DNA of 21,440 nucleotides. Source: Promethearchaeota archaeon. GTDB taxonomy: Archaea > Asgardarchaeota > Lokiarchaeia > Sigyniarchaeales > SOKP01. How positions within the stretch are numbered: the first letter of the stretch is position 1; every line of letters starts with the position of its first letter. Location: NCBI GenBank assembly GCA_048938445.1, contig JBHLME010000077.1:1-21440 (forward strand), in the 5' to 3' direction. The notes beneath the pieces are model-generated. The model ran no database searches. It worked only from the letters and a program-made list of their open reading frames with translations, and was not told the DNA's origin. Positions 8,287 through 16,919 of this stretch are shown here, one piece after another. Position numbers and translations under genes: made by a program.

Positions 8287-9936
8287 ATGAAAATTTTATA
8301 CGTGAATCCCAGCAGGATTGCTTCTGGATTAGATGCGGTTATAAAAGGACCACCGTTAAATTTAATTTCACTTGCTGCTATGGTTCCTGAGCATGATGCA
8401 AAATTAACTGATTTTAAAGTAGAAAAATTTCAAGAAAAGAAATTCAGAAGTGATTTGAATCACCATGATGTCGTAGCAATTACCTCTATGACCCCTCAAA
8501 TTGATTCTGCTTTAGAAGTTGCACGAATTGCTAAAGATCAGGGTTGCAAAACAATTGTTGGAGGATATCATCCAACACTGGATCCTAATTATGTAGCAAA
8601 AGATCTTGGAGTAGATTATGCGGTTAGAGGTGAAGGAGAAAATACATTCCGCGAACTCATTGACTTTATTGATGGAAATAAATATAATATTCAAGAAAAA
8701 GACATTGATGGAATATCCTACATGAAGAATGGTGAGATTATTCATAATAAAGACCGTGCTTTGGAATGTAATTTAGATAATTTTCCCATACCTCGTCATG
8801 ATCTCATAAGGCGGAAGAATTATCTTTATCTTGGAACAAGGCTCGACCAGATGGAATCCTCTCGAGGATGCCCACACAATTGTACCTTTTGTTGTATTAA
8901 AAAGATGTGGTCAGATCCTAACAATAAACGAATGGCTTATCGAACAAAAAGCATAAAAAGAATAATGCAAGAGATATATTCAGTTGATTGGAAATTTAAT
9001 TTTCTCTTTTTCTGTGAGGATAATTTCACGATCAACGTTAAACGCACAAAAAAAATATTAGACACCATAATCCACTCAGGCGTAAATAGTGAATTATACT
9101 TTAGTTGCCAATCCCGTGTTGACACGCTTTATAGGAATCCTTGGTTAATAGATCTCATGGAAAAAGCAGGATTCAGACAAATATTTTTAGGAATTGAGAC
9201 AGTACACCAACAAAGTTTAGATGCCATGAATAAACAAAATACAACTCCCAAGATGACCCAAAAAGTTGTAGAGATGGTAAAAGATCGTGGAATTTCAATT
9301 TTTGGTGGTGTTATAATCGGATATCCTGGTGAAACAAGAGAGATGGTGCATCAAACCATTCAATTTGTCAAATCACTTAAATTAACTTGCGTACAATTCA
9401 CGCCAATAACGGCATTTCCTGGAACGCCATTTTTCGAAGAAATGAAGGAAAAAGGGAGGATCACCAGCTATAACTATAAGCATTATAACTTATTTCATCC
9501 CATGATGGGTACAGACAGGTTAACGAATATTGAAATGTATCGACTAGTTGCTGAAGCTTATGCTTCATATTATCTTGGTTCAGATTATATAAAAGATGTG
9601 GCAAAGCGATATTGCAATCCTTTCAGTAAATGGAGATGGATGGGATCCTCAGTCCCACGTTATGGTAAAACAGTAATTGGGGAGGCATATGGAATGTTTA
9701 TGACTCAAGGCATAACAAGAAGGGCCATCTCTGAGGATTTGCAAGATTTGAGAAGAAGAGCGGACGAAGCTGGCACCTTCAATTATTTAATTACCAAAAC
9801 TCCTCATTATGACCCGGAAAAAATAAGAGAAAAAGTCAAGGCTTTAAATAAAAAAAAGAAAAAAAAAGATTATAAAGAAAAGAGAGAAAAGAAAACAATA
9901 CCTCAAAAGAAAGAAATCGATGTCTTAGTAGGTTAA
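8287..9936 (+). CDS. Cobalamin-binding (class B) radical SAM enzyme, paralog 2
   Basis: Same architecture as 5263-6846 (GGYHPT, RGEGE, SRGCPHNCTFC, EDNF, LGIET, TAFPGTPFF), plus a Lys-rich C-terminal tail. Confidence 0.9.
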   Translation: MKILYVNPSRIASGLDAVIKGPPLNLISLAAMVPEHDAKLTDFKVEKFQEKKFRSDLNHHDVVAITSMTPQIDSALEVARIAKDQGCKTIVGGYHPTLDPNYVAKDLGVDYAVRGEGENTFRELIDFIDGNKYNIQEKDIDGISYMKNGEIIHNKDRALECNLDNFPIPRHDLIRRKNYLYLGTRLDQMESSRGCPHNCTFCCIKKMWSDPNNKRMAYRTKSIKRIMQEIYSVDWKFNFLFFCEDNFTINVKRTKKILDTIIHSGVNSELYFSCQSRVDTLYRNPWLIDLMEKAGFRQIFLGIETVHQQSLDAMNKQNTTPKMTQKVVEMVKDRGISIFGGVIIGYPGETREMVHQTIQFVKSLKLTCVQFTPITAFPGTPFFEEMKEKGRITSYNYKHYNLFHPMMGTDRLTNIEMYRLVAEAYASYYLGSDYIKDVAKRYCNPFSKWRWMGSSVPRYGKTVIGEAYGMFMTQGITRRAISEDLQDLRRRADEAGTFNYLITKTPHYDPEKIREKVKALNKKKKKKDYKEKREKKTIPQKKEIDVLVG

Positions 9937-9955
9937 TTTGAAAAAGAATATATCA

Positions 9956-10624
9956 TTAAAAATCTGCTAACTTTATTTTACCATTAAAATAAATTGTTTT
10001 TCCATCAAAACTTAATTGAACAGCGATAATATTAACACCTTTCTTTCGAGCTTCGCTTAACTTACTCGCAAACTTTGGATCCATTTCTTCATTAGGTGCA
10101 AATTTTTGAGCACTCCGTAATACTAAAAATAAAATCATCCCATCATGTTCAATAATTTCACCAACATGCCGCGTTCCACGTTCAGTAGGAGCGTCTGGAA
10201 ACAAAGCAAGATCTTCTTTTACTAGTGATACTCCTTTAACTTCTAAGGGAATCCCGTCAAGGGTGAAATCAATCCTACTCTTTCCAATTTTAACTTCACT
10301 TTTGATTTCCTTGATATTAGTAAATTCAGGTAAAATTTTAATAACCTTTAAAGCAAGCTTAGAATGTAAAGAAGTGTCTAAAATAACCCATTCTTTATCG
10401 GTCTTCACAGCTTTTAAGTAATATTTTAACTTTCCATTTGAACGTGTAAACAGAACTTCTGCATCTTTTGTCAAAAGTTCTTTTAATCTTCCGGGATCAT
10501 GAATATGAGCTAGTTCAGTATTTCCTTTATAATTGATTTCAGCGACGAACCTATTTGGCCTAGATATAAACGTGCCTTGTTTGAGATTTGGTAATTTATA
10601 AATTGGAATTTTAACAGAATTCAT
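9956..10624 (-). CDS. sfsA: SfsA family DNA/RNA nuclease (sugar fermentation stimulation protein)
   Basis: RPNRF, AHIHDPGRLKELL, SRIDF, EVKGVSL, FPDAPTERG.RH and F.PNEEMDPKF motifs. Confidence 0.92.
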   Translation of the reverse strand: MNSVKIPIYKLPNLKQGTFISRPNRFVAEINYKGNTELAHIHDPGRLKELLTKDAEVLFTRSNGKLKYYLKAVKTDKEWVILDTSLHSKLALKVIKILPEFTNIKEIKSEVKIGKSRIDFTLDGIPLEVKGVSLVKEDLALFPDAPTERGTRHVGEIIEHDGMILFLVLRSAQKFAPNEEMDPKFASKLSEARKKGVNIIAVQLSFDGKTIYFNGKIKLADF

Positions 10625-10741
10625 AAAAAATAAAAAATCAATAAAATTATTCTATTTAGACTAATTTAATAATATAAAATAAAAAATTGTTTTATAAAAT
10701 ATAATCAGAACGCATAAAAGGATTATATATTTCTCTATATA

Positions 10742-10984
10742 ATGATGAGTGGTGCATATAACGAAAGTTCTATAGAAAGCTATAAATTCCATCACATTGA
10801 TACACACAAGTGCCTTAAATGTAAGGAATTTCCGTGTGAAGGGGCTTGTTTTAAAGGAATATATGAGGTTATTAACAAGGACTCTGAGCCAAAATGCGTC
10901 GTGATTGAGGGGAGGGAAGAAATGTGCGCAAAATGCCATATTTGCACTACAGTGTGTAAATTGAAAGCAATTACGATAGATTAA
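10742..10984 (+). CDS. Small dicluster-type 4Fe-4S ferredoxin
   Basis: CLKCKEFPCEGAC (CxxCx4CxxxC) and CAKCHICTTVC (CxxCxxCxxxC) followed by KAITI. Divergent from sfsA. Confidence 0.85.
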   Translation: MMSGAYNESSIESYKFHHIDTHKCLKCKEFPCEGACFKGIYEVINKDSEPKCVVIEGREEMCAKCHICTTVCKLKAITID

Positions 10985-11170
10985 ATTAAATATATTTAGT
11001 TAAGAAATTTTACACAATGGTTTAATCTTACGGAAATTATATTAAAACCATTATCTAATTATCTTTTTCTCTTTATATAAAACTAAACCTCATACTCTTA
11101 AGCATTGATATTAGAGGTTTGAAAATTAATATGGAAAAAAATATAAATATGAAAATCAATCTAATTTATT

Positions 11171-11923
11171 ATGCCTCCTCAACCACTAGAAATGTTTGTA
11201 GGAATGATTATAGAAATTGTTGTTATGATTATTGCTATTGTAATTTTATATAAAATTTATCAAAAATATTTACAAAAACGACATCGTTTTACCATATTAT
11301 TATTTTATATATTTACCTGTTTCTTAATAACAATATTTTTAACATGGTTTAGTAAATTAATTCAATTATTTTGGGGACTTGATTATGTTAATCCTAATAT
11401 AGGACCTGATCCTATGACTTTGGAATCTTTTTTCATATTAAGAATAGTTGAATACAGATTTACTTTTGCTATATTTACAGTAGGAGTGGCACTTACTTAT
11501 ATATTAAGAGTTAATCTTTTTGATGATAATTATAAGTTTAAAGAAAAAATATTCATCTATTCCTTTGGAGCTTTTTCAATCTTTTTTGATATTTTTATCT
11601 ATATTAAAGATATAGAAATATTAGGTGTAATTGCTTATATTCTACTCTTATTTTATGTGTTAATAATATACGTACCTTTTACTTTAAGATGTATCGAGAG
11701 TTATAAAGGTGTTAAGGAGCAAGTCTATAAAAAAGGATTCTTATCTTTAATTATAATGAGTATAGCTGTATGTTCAATTTTAATTTTTAACATGATAGAT
11801 GTAATATATATAGTAAGAACTGATACGAGTTTTACTATTTTTTATTATATTCATTTAGCATCAATTATAATAGGATATTTAGGAGCATACTATGGGTATA
11901 TTATACCGAGAACCTCAACTTGA
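11171..11923 (+). CDS. Hypothetical polytopic membrane protein (~7 TM)
   Basis: About seven hydrophobic segments separated by short basic loops; no soluble domain. Confidence 0.7.
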   Translation: MPPQPLEMFVGMIIEIVVMIIAIVILYKIYQKYLQKRHRFTILLFYIFTCFLITIFLTWFSKLIQLFWGLDYVNPNIGPDPMTLESFFILRIVEYRFTFAIFTVGVALTYILRVNLFDDNYKFKEKIFIYSFGAFSIFFDIFIYIKDIEILGVIAYILLLFYVLIIYVPFTLRCIESYKGVKEQVYKKGFLSLIIMSIAVCSILIFNMIDVIYIVRTDTSFTIFYYIHLASIIIGYLGAYYGYIIPRTST

Positions 11924-12081
11924 AAAGTCTTTATCTTCATGTTTTATTCCAAATCTGATATCATAGTATTTATCAATCATTCCTCTTGTTTTCCATGGAA
12001 TAATGATTCCAAAAGTAATTAATAATATTCAATACATATCTTTATAAATACAATGCTTTTACTTAGTAGTGATTTTAAATA

Positions 12082-12780
12082 ATGCAAAGATCTGAAGAGC
12101 ATGTGACTGGAGGAGGGAAGATCAGATCAGTGATTTTAGGTTTAAATGATGGGTTAATTTCTACCTTTACTTTACTCATTGGAGTTGCTGCGGCGACAAT
12201 TTCAGAAGGAAACACGATAGTTATTCTTACAGGGTTAGCCGCAATGGTCTCTGGAGCATTTAGTATGGGTTTAGGTGAATATATCTCGTCAAAATCCGAA
12301 TTTAATTATATAAGAAACGAAATGAAACGTGAGAAAGCTGAAATTGAACTCTTTCCTGAAGAAGAAAAAGATGAAGTAAAAGAAATCTTTGAAAAGATGG
12401 GATTTCAAGGAGAGAATCTTGACGCTTGTGTTGAAACTATCACTTCAAACAAGCAAGTATGGCTTGATTTCTTAACTAAAAGTGAATTAAGATTAGAAGA
12501 GCCAGAAAATCCAACGATAGGGGCAATTTTAACATTTCTAGCATTCTTGGTTGGATCATTCATCCCCCAATTTCCATATTTTTTGAATTTAGGATTAATT
12601 TCGCTTATAGTTTCATCAACTTTATCTTTTGGAATGCTATTTGTTGCAGGAGCATTGAAGAGTAAAATTACAGGTGAAACTCCATTAAAGAGTGGAATCG
12701 AAATGATAATTGTTGGGACTATTGCTTTTATTATTTCATACATGATCGGTCTCTTGTTAAATCTAGTGCTGATTGCTTAA
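12082..12780 (+). CDS. VIT1/CCC1 family Fe2+/Mn2+ transporter
   Basis: ILGLNDGLIS, GAFSMGLGEYISSKSE, Glu-rich cytosolic metal-binding region (EMKREKAEIELFPEEEKDE), P..GAILTFLAF..G..IP..PY. Confidence 0.93.
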   Translation: MQRSEEHVTGGGKIRSVILGLNDGLISTFTLLIGVAAATISEGNTIVILTGLAAMVSGAFSMGLGEYISSKSEFNYIRNEMKREKAEIELFPEEEKDEVKEIFEKMGFQGENLDACVETITSNKQVWLDFLTKSELRLEEPENPTIGAILTFLAFLVGSFIPQFPYFLNLGLISLIVSSTLSFGMLFVAGALKSKITGETPLKSGIEMIIVGTIAFIISYMIGLLLNLVLIA

Positions 12781-12873
12781 TTGCTAAATTTTTATTAAAG
12801 AAAGATATATATAATGTTGAATTTATATAGCCTTAATCCTAAAAAATTAATATTTTATTAGATTAAAGAAATC

Positions 12874-13395
12874 ATGGTGCAATTTAAAAAAGTAAAATTA
12901 GATGCTATAGATAGGCAGATTATAAGCTTAATTCAAAAAAATCCAAACATGACACACAGTGAAATAGCAGAGAAAGTAAACAGGTCACAACCTACAATTG
13001 GAGGTCGCTTGAAAAAATTATTGGATTCTGGGATTTTAAAAATACAAGCGGGGGTTAATTTCCAGACAGCTGATATTTTCTTAGCTTTTGTATATCTTAA
13101 GACAGATTCTCCAGATGAAATCATGAACATGGCAAGTCATTGTCCTTTCATGATGAACGCATATAAAAGTTCAGGTGAATTTAATATTATTTTATTATTA
13201 GCAAGTCCAAAATTAGAAAAACTTGATGGTTTAGTAAATTCTCACTTTAGAAATAAATCTGAAATATATAGTGTGAAAATGGAAATAATTTTGGATATAG
13301 CAAAAGAATTTATTCTCCCGATTAATTTAGAATTGCAGGAGGAATTAGATCCTGGTAGTGGAGAATGTGCATATTGTAAAAAATTCATAGTTTGA
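12874..13395 (+). CDS. Lrp/AsnC family regulator, Cys-bearing (1)
   Basis: LDAIDRQIISLIQ...THSEIAEKVNRSQPTIGGRLKKL HTH; RAM domain with CPF and SGEFN; C-terminal CAYC. Confidence 0.88.
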   Translation: MVQFKKVKLDAIDRQIISLIQKNPNMTHSEIAEKVNRSQPTIGGRLKKLLDSGILKIQAGVNFQTADIFLAFVYLKTDSPDEIMNMASHCPFMMNAYKSSGEFNIILLLASPKLEKLDGLVNSHFRNKSEIYSVKMEIILDIAKEFILPINLELQEELDPGSGECAYCKKFIV

Positions 13396-13457
13396 AAAAT
13401 TTTAATACTTATAAATTATAAATTTTAATCAAGAATTATCACTTTTTACAAAATTTC

Positions 13458-14015
13458 GTGATTATAATGATTAGTAATAAGTTAAAACTAGATGAAATAG
13501 ACAGGCAAATAATATCAATAGTTCAAGAAGAGCCTAATATGACCCATACCGAGATAGCAGAGAGAATAAATCGTTCTCAACCCACCGTAGGTCATCGCAT
13601 TAAGAAACTTGAGAAATCAGGAATATTGCAATTCCAACCAGGTATTAATTTCAGGATGGTTGATTTATATTTAGCGACAGTAGAAATAAATACAAAGGAA
13701 CCTGATAGACTCATGGAGATGGCTCAATATTGCCCTTTCATGGTGAATGCCTTCCGCGTGAGTGGAGATCATAACGTTTGCATAATGTTAACTAGCTCAA
13801 AAATAAATAAACTCGATGCAATTATTAATTATCATTTTCGGAACAAACCAGAAGTTCAAGAGGTTTCAATGGAAATTGTTACTGATATCGCGAAAGATTT
13901 GATATTGCCTATTGATTTTGATTCAGAACACCACGAGCCTAATGAAGAACATGGTTGCGGAGAGAAATGTAAATATCTTAGGGCACATAAGGAAGGAAAA
14001 ACACAATTTTATTAA
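13458..14015 (+). CDS. Lrp/AsnC family regulator, Cys-bearing (2)
   Basis: LDEIDRQII...THTEIAERINRSQPTVGHRIKKL; CPF; SGDHNVC; C-terminal HHE...HGCGEKC. The start may be the ATG at 13467. Confidence 0.88.
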   Translation: MIIMISNKLKLDEIDRQIISIVQEEPNMTHTEIAERINRSQPTVGHRIKKLEKSGILQFQPGINFRMVDLYLATVEINTKEPDRLMEMAQYCPFMVNAFRVSGDHNVCIMLTSSKINKLDAIINYHFRNKPEVQEVSMEIVTDIAKDLILPIDFDSEHHEPNEEHGCGEKCKYLRAHKEGKTQFY

Positions 14016-14087
14016 TTTATTTTTGTTTAAATATAAATTTGTTATGGATATCACATATAATATAAGTAATGACGCATTCTTTTAAGA

Positions 14088-15005
14088 ATGCCATTTTTCA
14101 ATTCATGTGTTATCTTAATTCCACTTTTACTCTTCATAATCATACTAGTAATAAGTATTAATTCTCATCTTTTACATGGAAGTTATATATGGAAATTTAA
14201 TAGACCTCATTTCTATCTACTTCAAAGGCTTTATATGCGGTATGAATATATGTTAATGAGATTTTTATTAACTCTTAGCAAGACTTGGATTATAAGAAAA
14301 TCTAAAATTTTGCGATTATTTATTACGCGAATTTTAGCATTATTGGTCAATGCGGAGATATATACACTTGATGAATGTTTAAAAATTATTGGTTCCCTAT
14401 ATAAATATTTTCCTAATGTATATGTGGGTATAAGAATATGCCCATGCCGACAAGCCAGAAGAGAATATGATGATAATCTTTCAAACATTACAGATTTAAC
14501 TTTTATTTATTCAAAAACACCTGGGATAAAAAAACATGTTCAATTCACGAAATTTATAAGCCTGACACAAGCAAAAGAACTTTTAAAGAAGTTTGACGAT
14601 GAGGGGTACGTCCATACGATGTTTGGAAACTGTGCACAGCTTATTGATGGTGGATTTAGCGTGACGATATGTAATTGCCGGCGGAATGTGTGCATCCCAT
14701 TAGATGTTGGTTTAGACTTAAATTTACAAGACCTGATCTATACTAAACCTCATAATCTTGCAATAATAAATCAGGAAAAATGTAAAGGTGCTGAAGAATG
14801 TGGTAAATGTCTTGATATGTGTAATTTTGAAGCTCGAATTATTGATATTAATAATGGTAAGATTAAAATAGTTAATAAAAAATGTTATGGTTGTGCTATA
14901 TGTGCACGTTTTTGCCCTGAAGGAGCTAATCAGATAAAATTCCTTCCCGAAAATAAAATATATTTTTACCAGAATCTTTTTAAAAAAATATTTTCTAAAA
15001 ATTAA
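14088..15005 (+). CDS. Fe-S protein with N-terminal hydrophobic anchor, Cys-rich core and C-terminal 2x4Fe-4S domain
   Basis: ICPCR, VHT..NC and ICNCRRNVC motifs; ferredoxin motifs CKGAEECGKCLDMC and CYGCAICARFCP. Confidence 0.8.
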   Translation: MPFFNSCVILIPLLLFIIILVISINSHLLHGSYIWKFNRPHFYLLQRLYMRYEYMLMRFLLTLSKTWIIRKSKILRLFITRILALLVNAEIYTLDECLKIIGSLYKYFPNVYVGIRICPCRQARREYDDNLSNITDLTFIYSKTPGIKKHVQFTKFISLTQAKELLKKFDDEGYVHTMFGNCAQLIDGGFSVTICNCRRNVCIPLDVGLDLNLQDLIYTKPHNLAIINQEKCKGAEECGKCLDMCNFEARIIDINNGKIKIVNKKCYGCAICARFCPEGANQIKFLPENKIYFYQNLFKKIFSKN

Positions 15006-15015
15006 TAAAAATTAA

Positions 15016-15588
15016 TTATTGTTCTTCAGAGATTATCTCGTCGAATTTATATTTGGGAATGTCTTTCTTAAGATTACACCCTGGACCACAATGCCTTCCA
15101 TCGAACCTTTCTATAGCAAAATCCATAGGAACAACAAAATCGTGTATAGATTCTATGAGGATGTTCATTTTTATGTTTATCACGTTAGGATCCTTCCTGA
15201 AACATAGATCTACGAGCTTTTCGATTGTTTGTAAATCTGCGGCAGAAATAAAGCATAATAGGTTGAACTCTCCAGAGATCTTGAACGCATGATTGATAAA
15301 TGGACAGGTTTCGATTTTTTCAACAATGTCATCCACATCTTTAGTTGAGATGTATACTATTGCTACTTTAAGATCAACATGCTTTATATTAAATCCTACC
15401 TGTTTTGTCAATAAGTGTTTTCTCTCCAGCTTTATAATTCTTGCTCCTACTGCAGGTTGCGATTTATCAATCGCTTCAGCGATTTTGGAGTGTGTAATGT
15501 CTGGATCCTGCTCTATCATCTCAATAATTTGTTTATCATCGGAATCAATGCCCAAGAGCTCATCAAATAATTTTTTCTTCATGTCCAC
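15016..15588 (-). CDS. Lrp/AsnC family regulator, Cys-bearing (3)
   Basis: IDSDDKQII...THSKIAEAIDKSQPAVGARIIKL; CPF; SGEFNLLC; C-terminal HCGPGC. Confidence 0.88.
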   Translation of the reverse strand: MDMKKKLFDELLGIDSDDKQIIEMIEQDPDITHSKIAEAIDKSQPAVGARIIKLERKHLLTKQVGFNIKHVDLKVAIVYISTKDVDDIVEKIETCPFINHAFKISGEFNLLCFISAADLQTIEKLVDLCFRKDPNVINIKMNILIESIHDFVVPMDFAIERFDGRHCGPGCNLKKDIPKYKFDEIISEEQ

Positions 15589-15637
15589 TTTAATCGTACC
15601 TTTTAAATTATAAAATATTATGGGTTAGTAAACCAAA

Positions 15638-15885
15638 ATTTTTTAAAGTACATAATAGTTGGTAATAAGTAAATTTAATTAATATGTTATAATTTATAAA
15701 AGACGCCAATTTTTAGAATAGTATTGCATTCAAGATTTCTGATATCTTTTCAGTGTATTCTTTAATATCTCATACTTTAAACTCACTTATCTTGAGAAAT
15801 TATTCTTCCAATACGTCTTTAATTTGTAAATTTTTAAAATAATTTATCTTTGGAGCAATTGCAACTAATATTTATTGTTTTAACC
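15638..15885. repeat. Diverged ~250-bp direct repeat, copy A (of 16671-16919)
   Basis: Colinear at an offset of ~1033 nt. Shared blocks include ATAATAGTTG, CGCCAATTTTTAGAATAGT, TTGCATTCAAGATTT, ACTCACTTATC and ATCTTTGGAGC. Confidence 0.92.
15713..15880 (-). pseudogene. Degenerate copy of the 3' end of the REC-longin response regulator
   Basis: Manual translation gives KQ*ILVAIAPKINYFKNLQIKDVLEE*FLKISEFKV*DIKEYTEKISEILNAILF*, against KQYMLAVIAPKINYFKSLQIKEVLQEAFLMISESNEWSIKEYTEKISKILNAKLF* in the intact gene. Three internal stops and no 5' part. Confidence 0.88.
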
Positions 15886-15998
15886 TTAATCGATGAAGCT
15901 TTTAGTTTCTTTCATTTGTAAAAATAAGTGATTATGAAAAAAACATATTTTAAAATATTATCCTTTATGTGGAAGATTAATTTAACAAAAAAAAATGA

Positions 15999-16556
15999 TT
16001 AAGAACTCCAGGAAAGATTTATTATTGTTTTTTCATCACCTTCCCAGGATTTCTTTAAAAATTTCGTACGGACCGTTTGATTTAGATAGGCTTCGATAAA
16101 ACTTTGAATCCATCCCGATGCTAAATAATATATTAAATCAAAATTGCTATCAAAATCTTCAAAGATAAAATTTATTTCATTTTCAGATACCAATTCACCG
16201 TACTGCTTTCCAAAGTTAAACCACAATTTAAAAAGACGGTTATATGTCTTAAGAGCTAGACTTATCCCTCGCTTTTTTATATTATCTTTATGTAAATGCT
16301 TTAAAAACTTTTTAGCATGTGTATATCCCCAATTTTTAAGATTATCTTTATTTCCCTCTGCTTCAGCTTTGGCTGTTGCGATACATATCATTTTAAATTG
16401 ATCATATGGATACCATATAGCATCAAGAATCTGCTGATCAACGATTTTTTTCTCTTCTTCTGATAGTATTTTATCATAAATCCCACTTTTATTTGCTCTA
16501 ATATTTATTATAAAATGCTTGAATAAAGCCCCTTTTATTTGTCTCATTCTAATCAA
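15999..16556 (-). CDS. Hypothetical protein, probable V4R/H-NOX-like (DUF2378-like) ligand-binding fold
   Basis: IKG.LF...I, ILDAIWYPYD, W.F.FG, ..SGWI..FIE and terminal IINLSW resemble DUF2378/V4R-type proteins. Pattern recall only. Confidence 0.5.
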   Translation of the reverse strand: MIRMRQIKGALFKHFIINIRANKSGIYDKILSEEEKKIVDQQILDAIWYPYDQFKMICIATAKAEAEGNKDNLKNWGYTHAKKFLKHLHKDNIKKRGISLALKTYNRLFKLWFNFGKQYGELVSENEINFIFEDFDSNFDLIYYLASGWIQSFIEAYLNQTVRTKFLKKSWEGDEKTIINLSWSS

Positions 16557-16670
16557 TATTTTGTTTTTTTAATTACTTTGATCAGATTTTTATTTAAAAA
16601 CAGTATTGCAAAAAGATTTTTTTCATAATATTGACACGAAATAACATTTATAGAGTGAATAGTAGCTGAG

Positions 16671-16919
16671 ATTTTGTAAAGTATATAATAGTTGATAATA
16701 AGTGGATTTAATCAATATGTTATAAATTATAAAAGTCGCCAATTTTTAGAATAGTTTTGCATTCAAGATTTTTGATATCTTTTCAGTATATTCTTTGATA
16801 CTCCATTCATTAGACTCACTTATCATAAGAAATGCTTCTTGCAATACTTCTTTAATTTGTAATGATTTAAAATAATTAATCTTTGGAGCGATCACAGCTA
16901 ACATGTATTGTTTTTGACC
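16671..16919. repeat. Diverged ~250-bp direct repeat, copy B (functional RR 3' end plus downstream intergenic)
   Basis: Aligns with 15638-15885. Confidence 0.92.

Noticed and set aside
10661-10939. 92-aa minus-strand ORF
   Set aside because: Shadow of the ferredoxin, which has clear Cys motifs on the plus strand.
11171-11923. Microbial rhodopsin
   Set aside because: No Lys or DxxxK-type motif in the last TM helix.
15713-15880. Stop-codon recoding in the duplicated RR tail
   Set aside because: The stops are mixed (TAA, TAA, TGA), replace unrelated residues (Y, A, W), and the fragment has no 5' portion. Decay is the simpler explanation.
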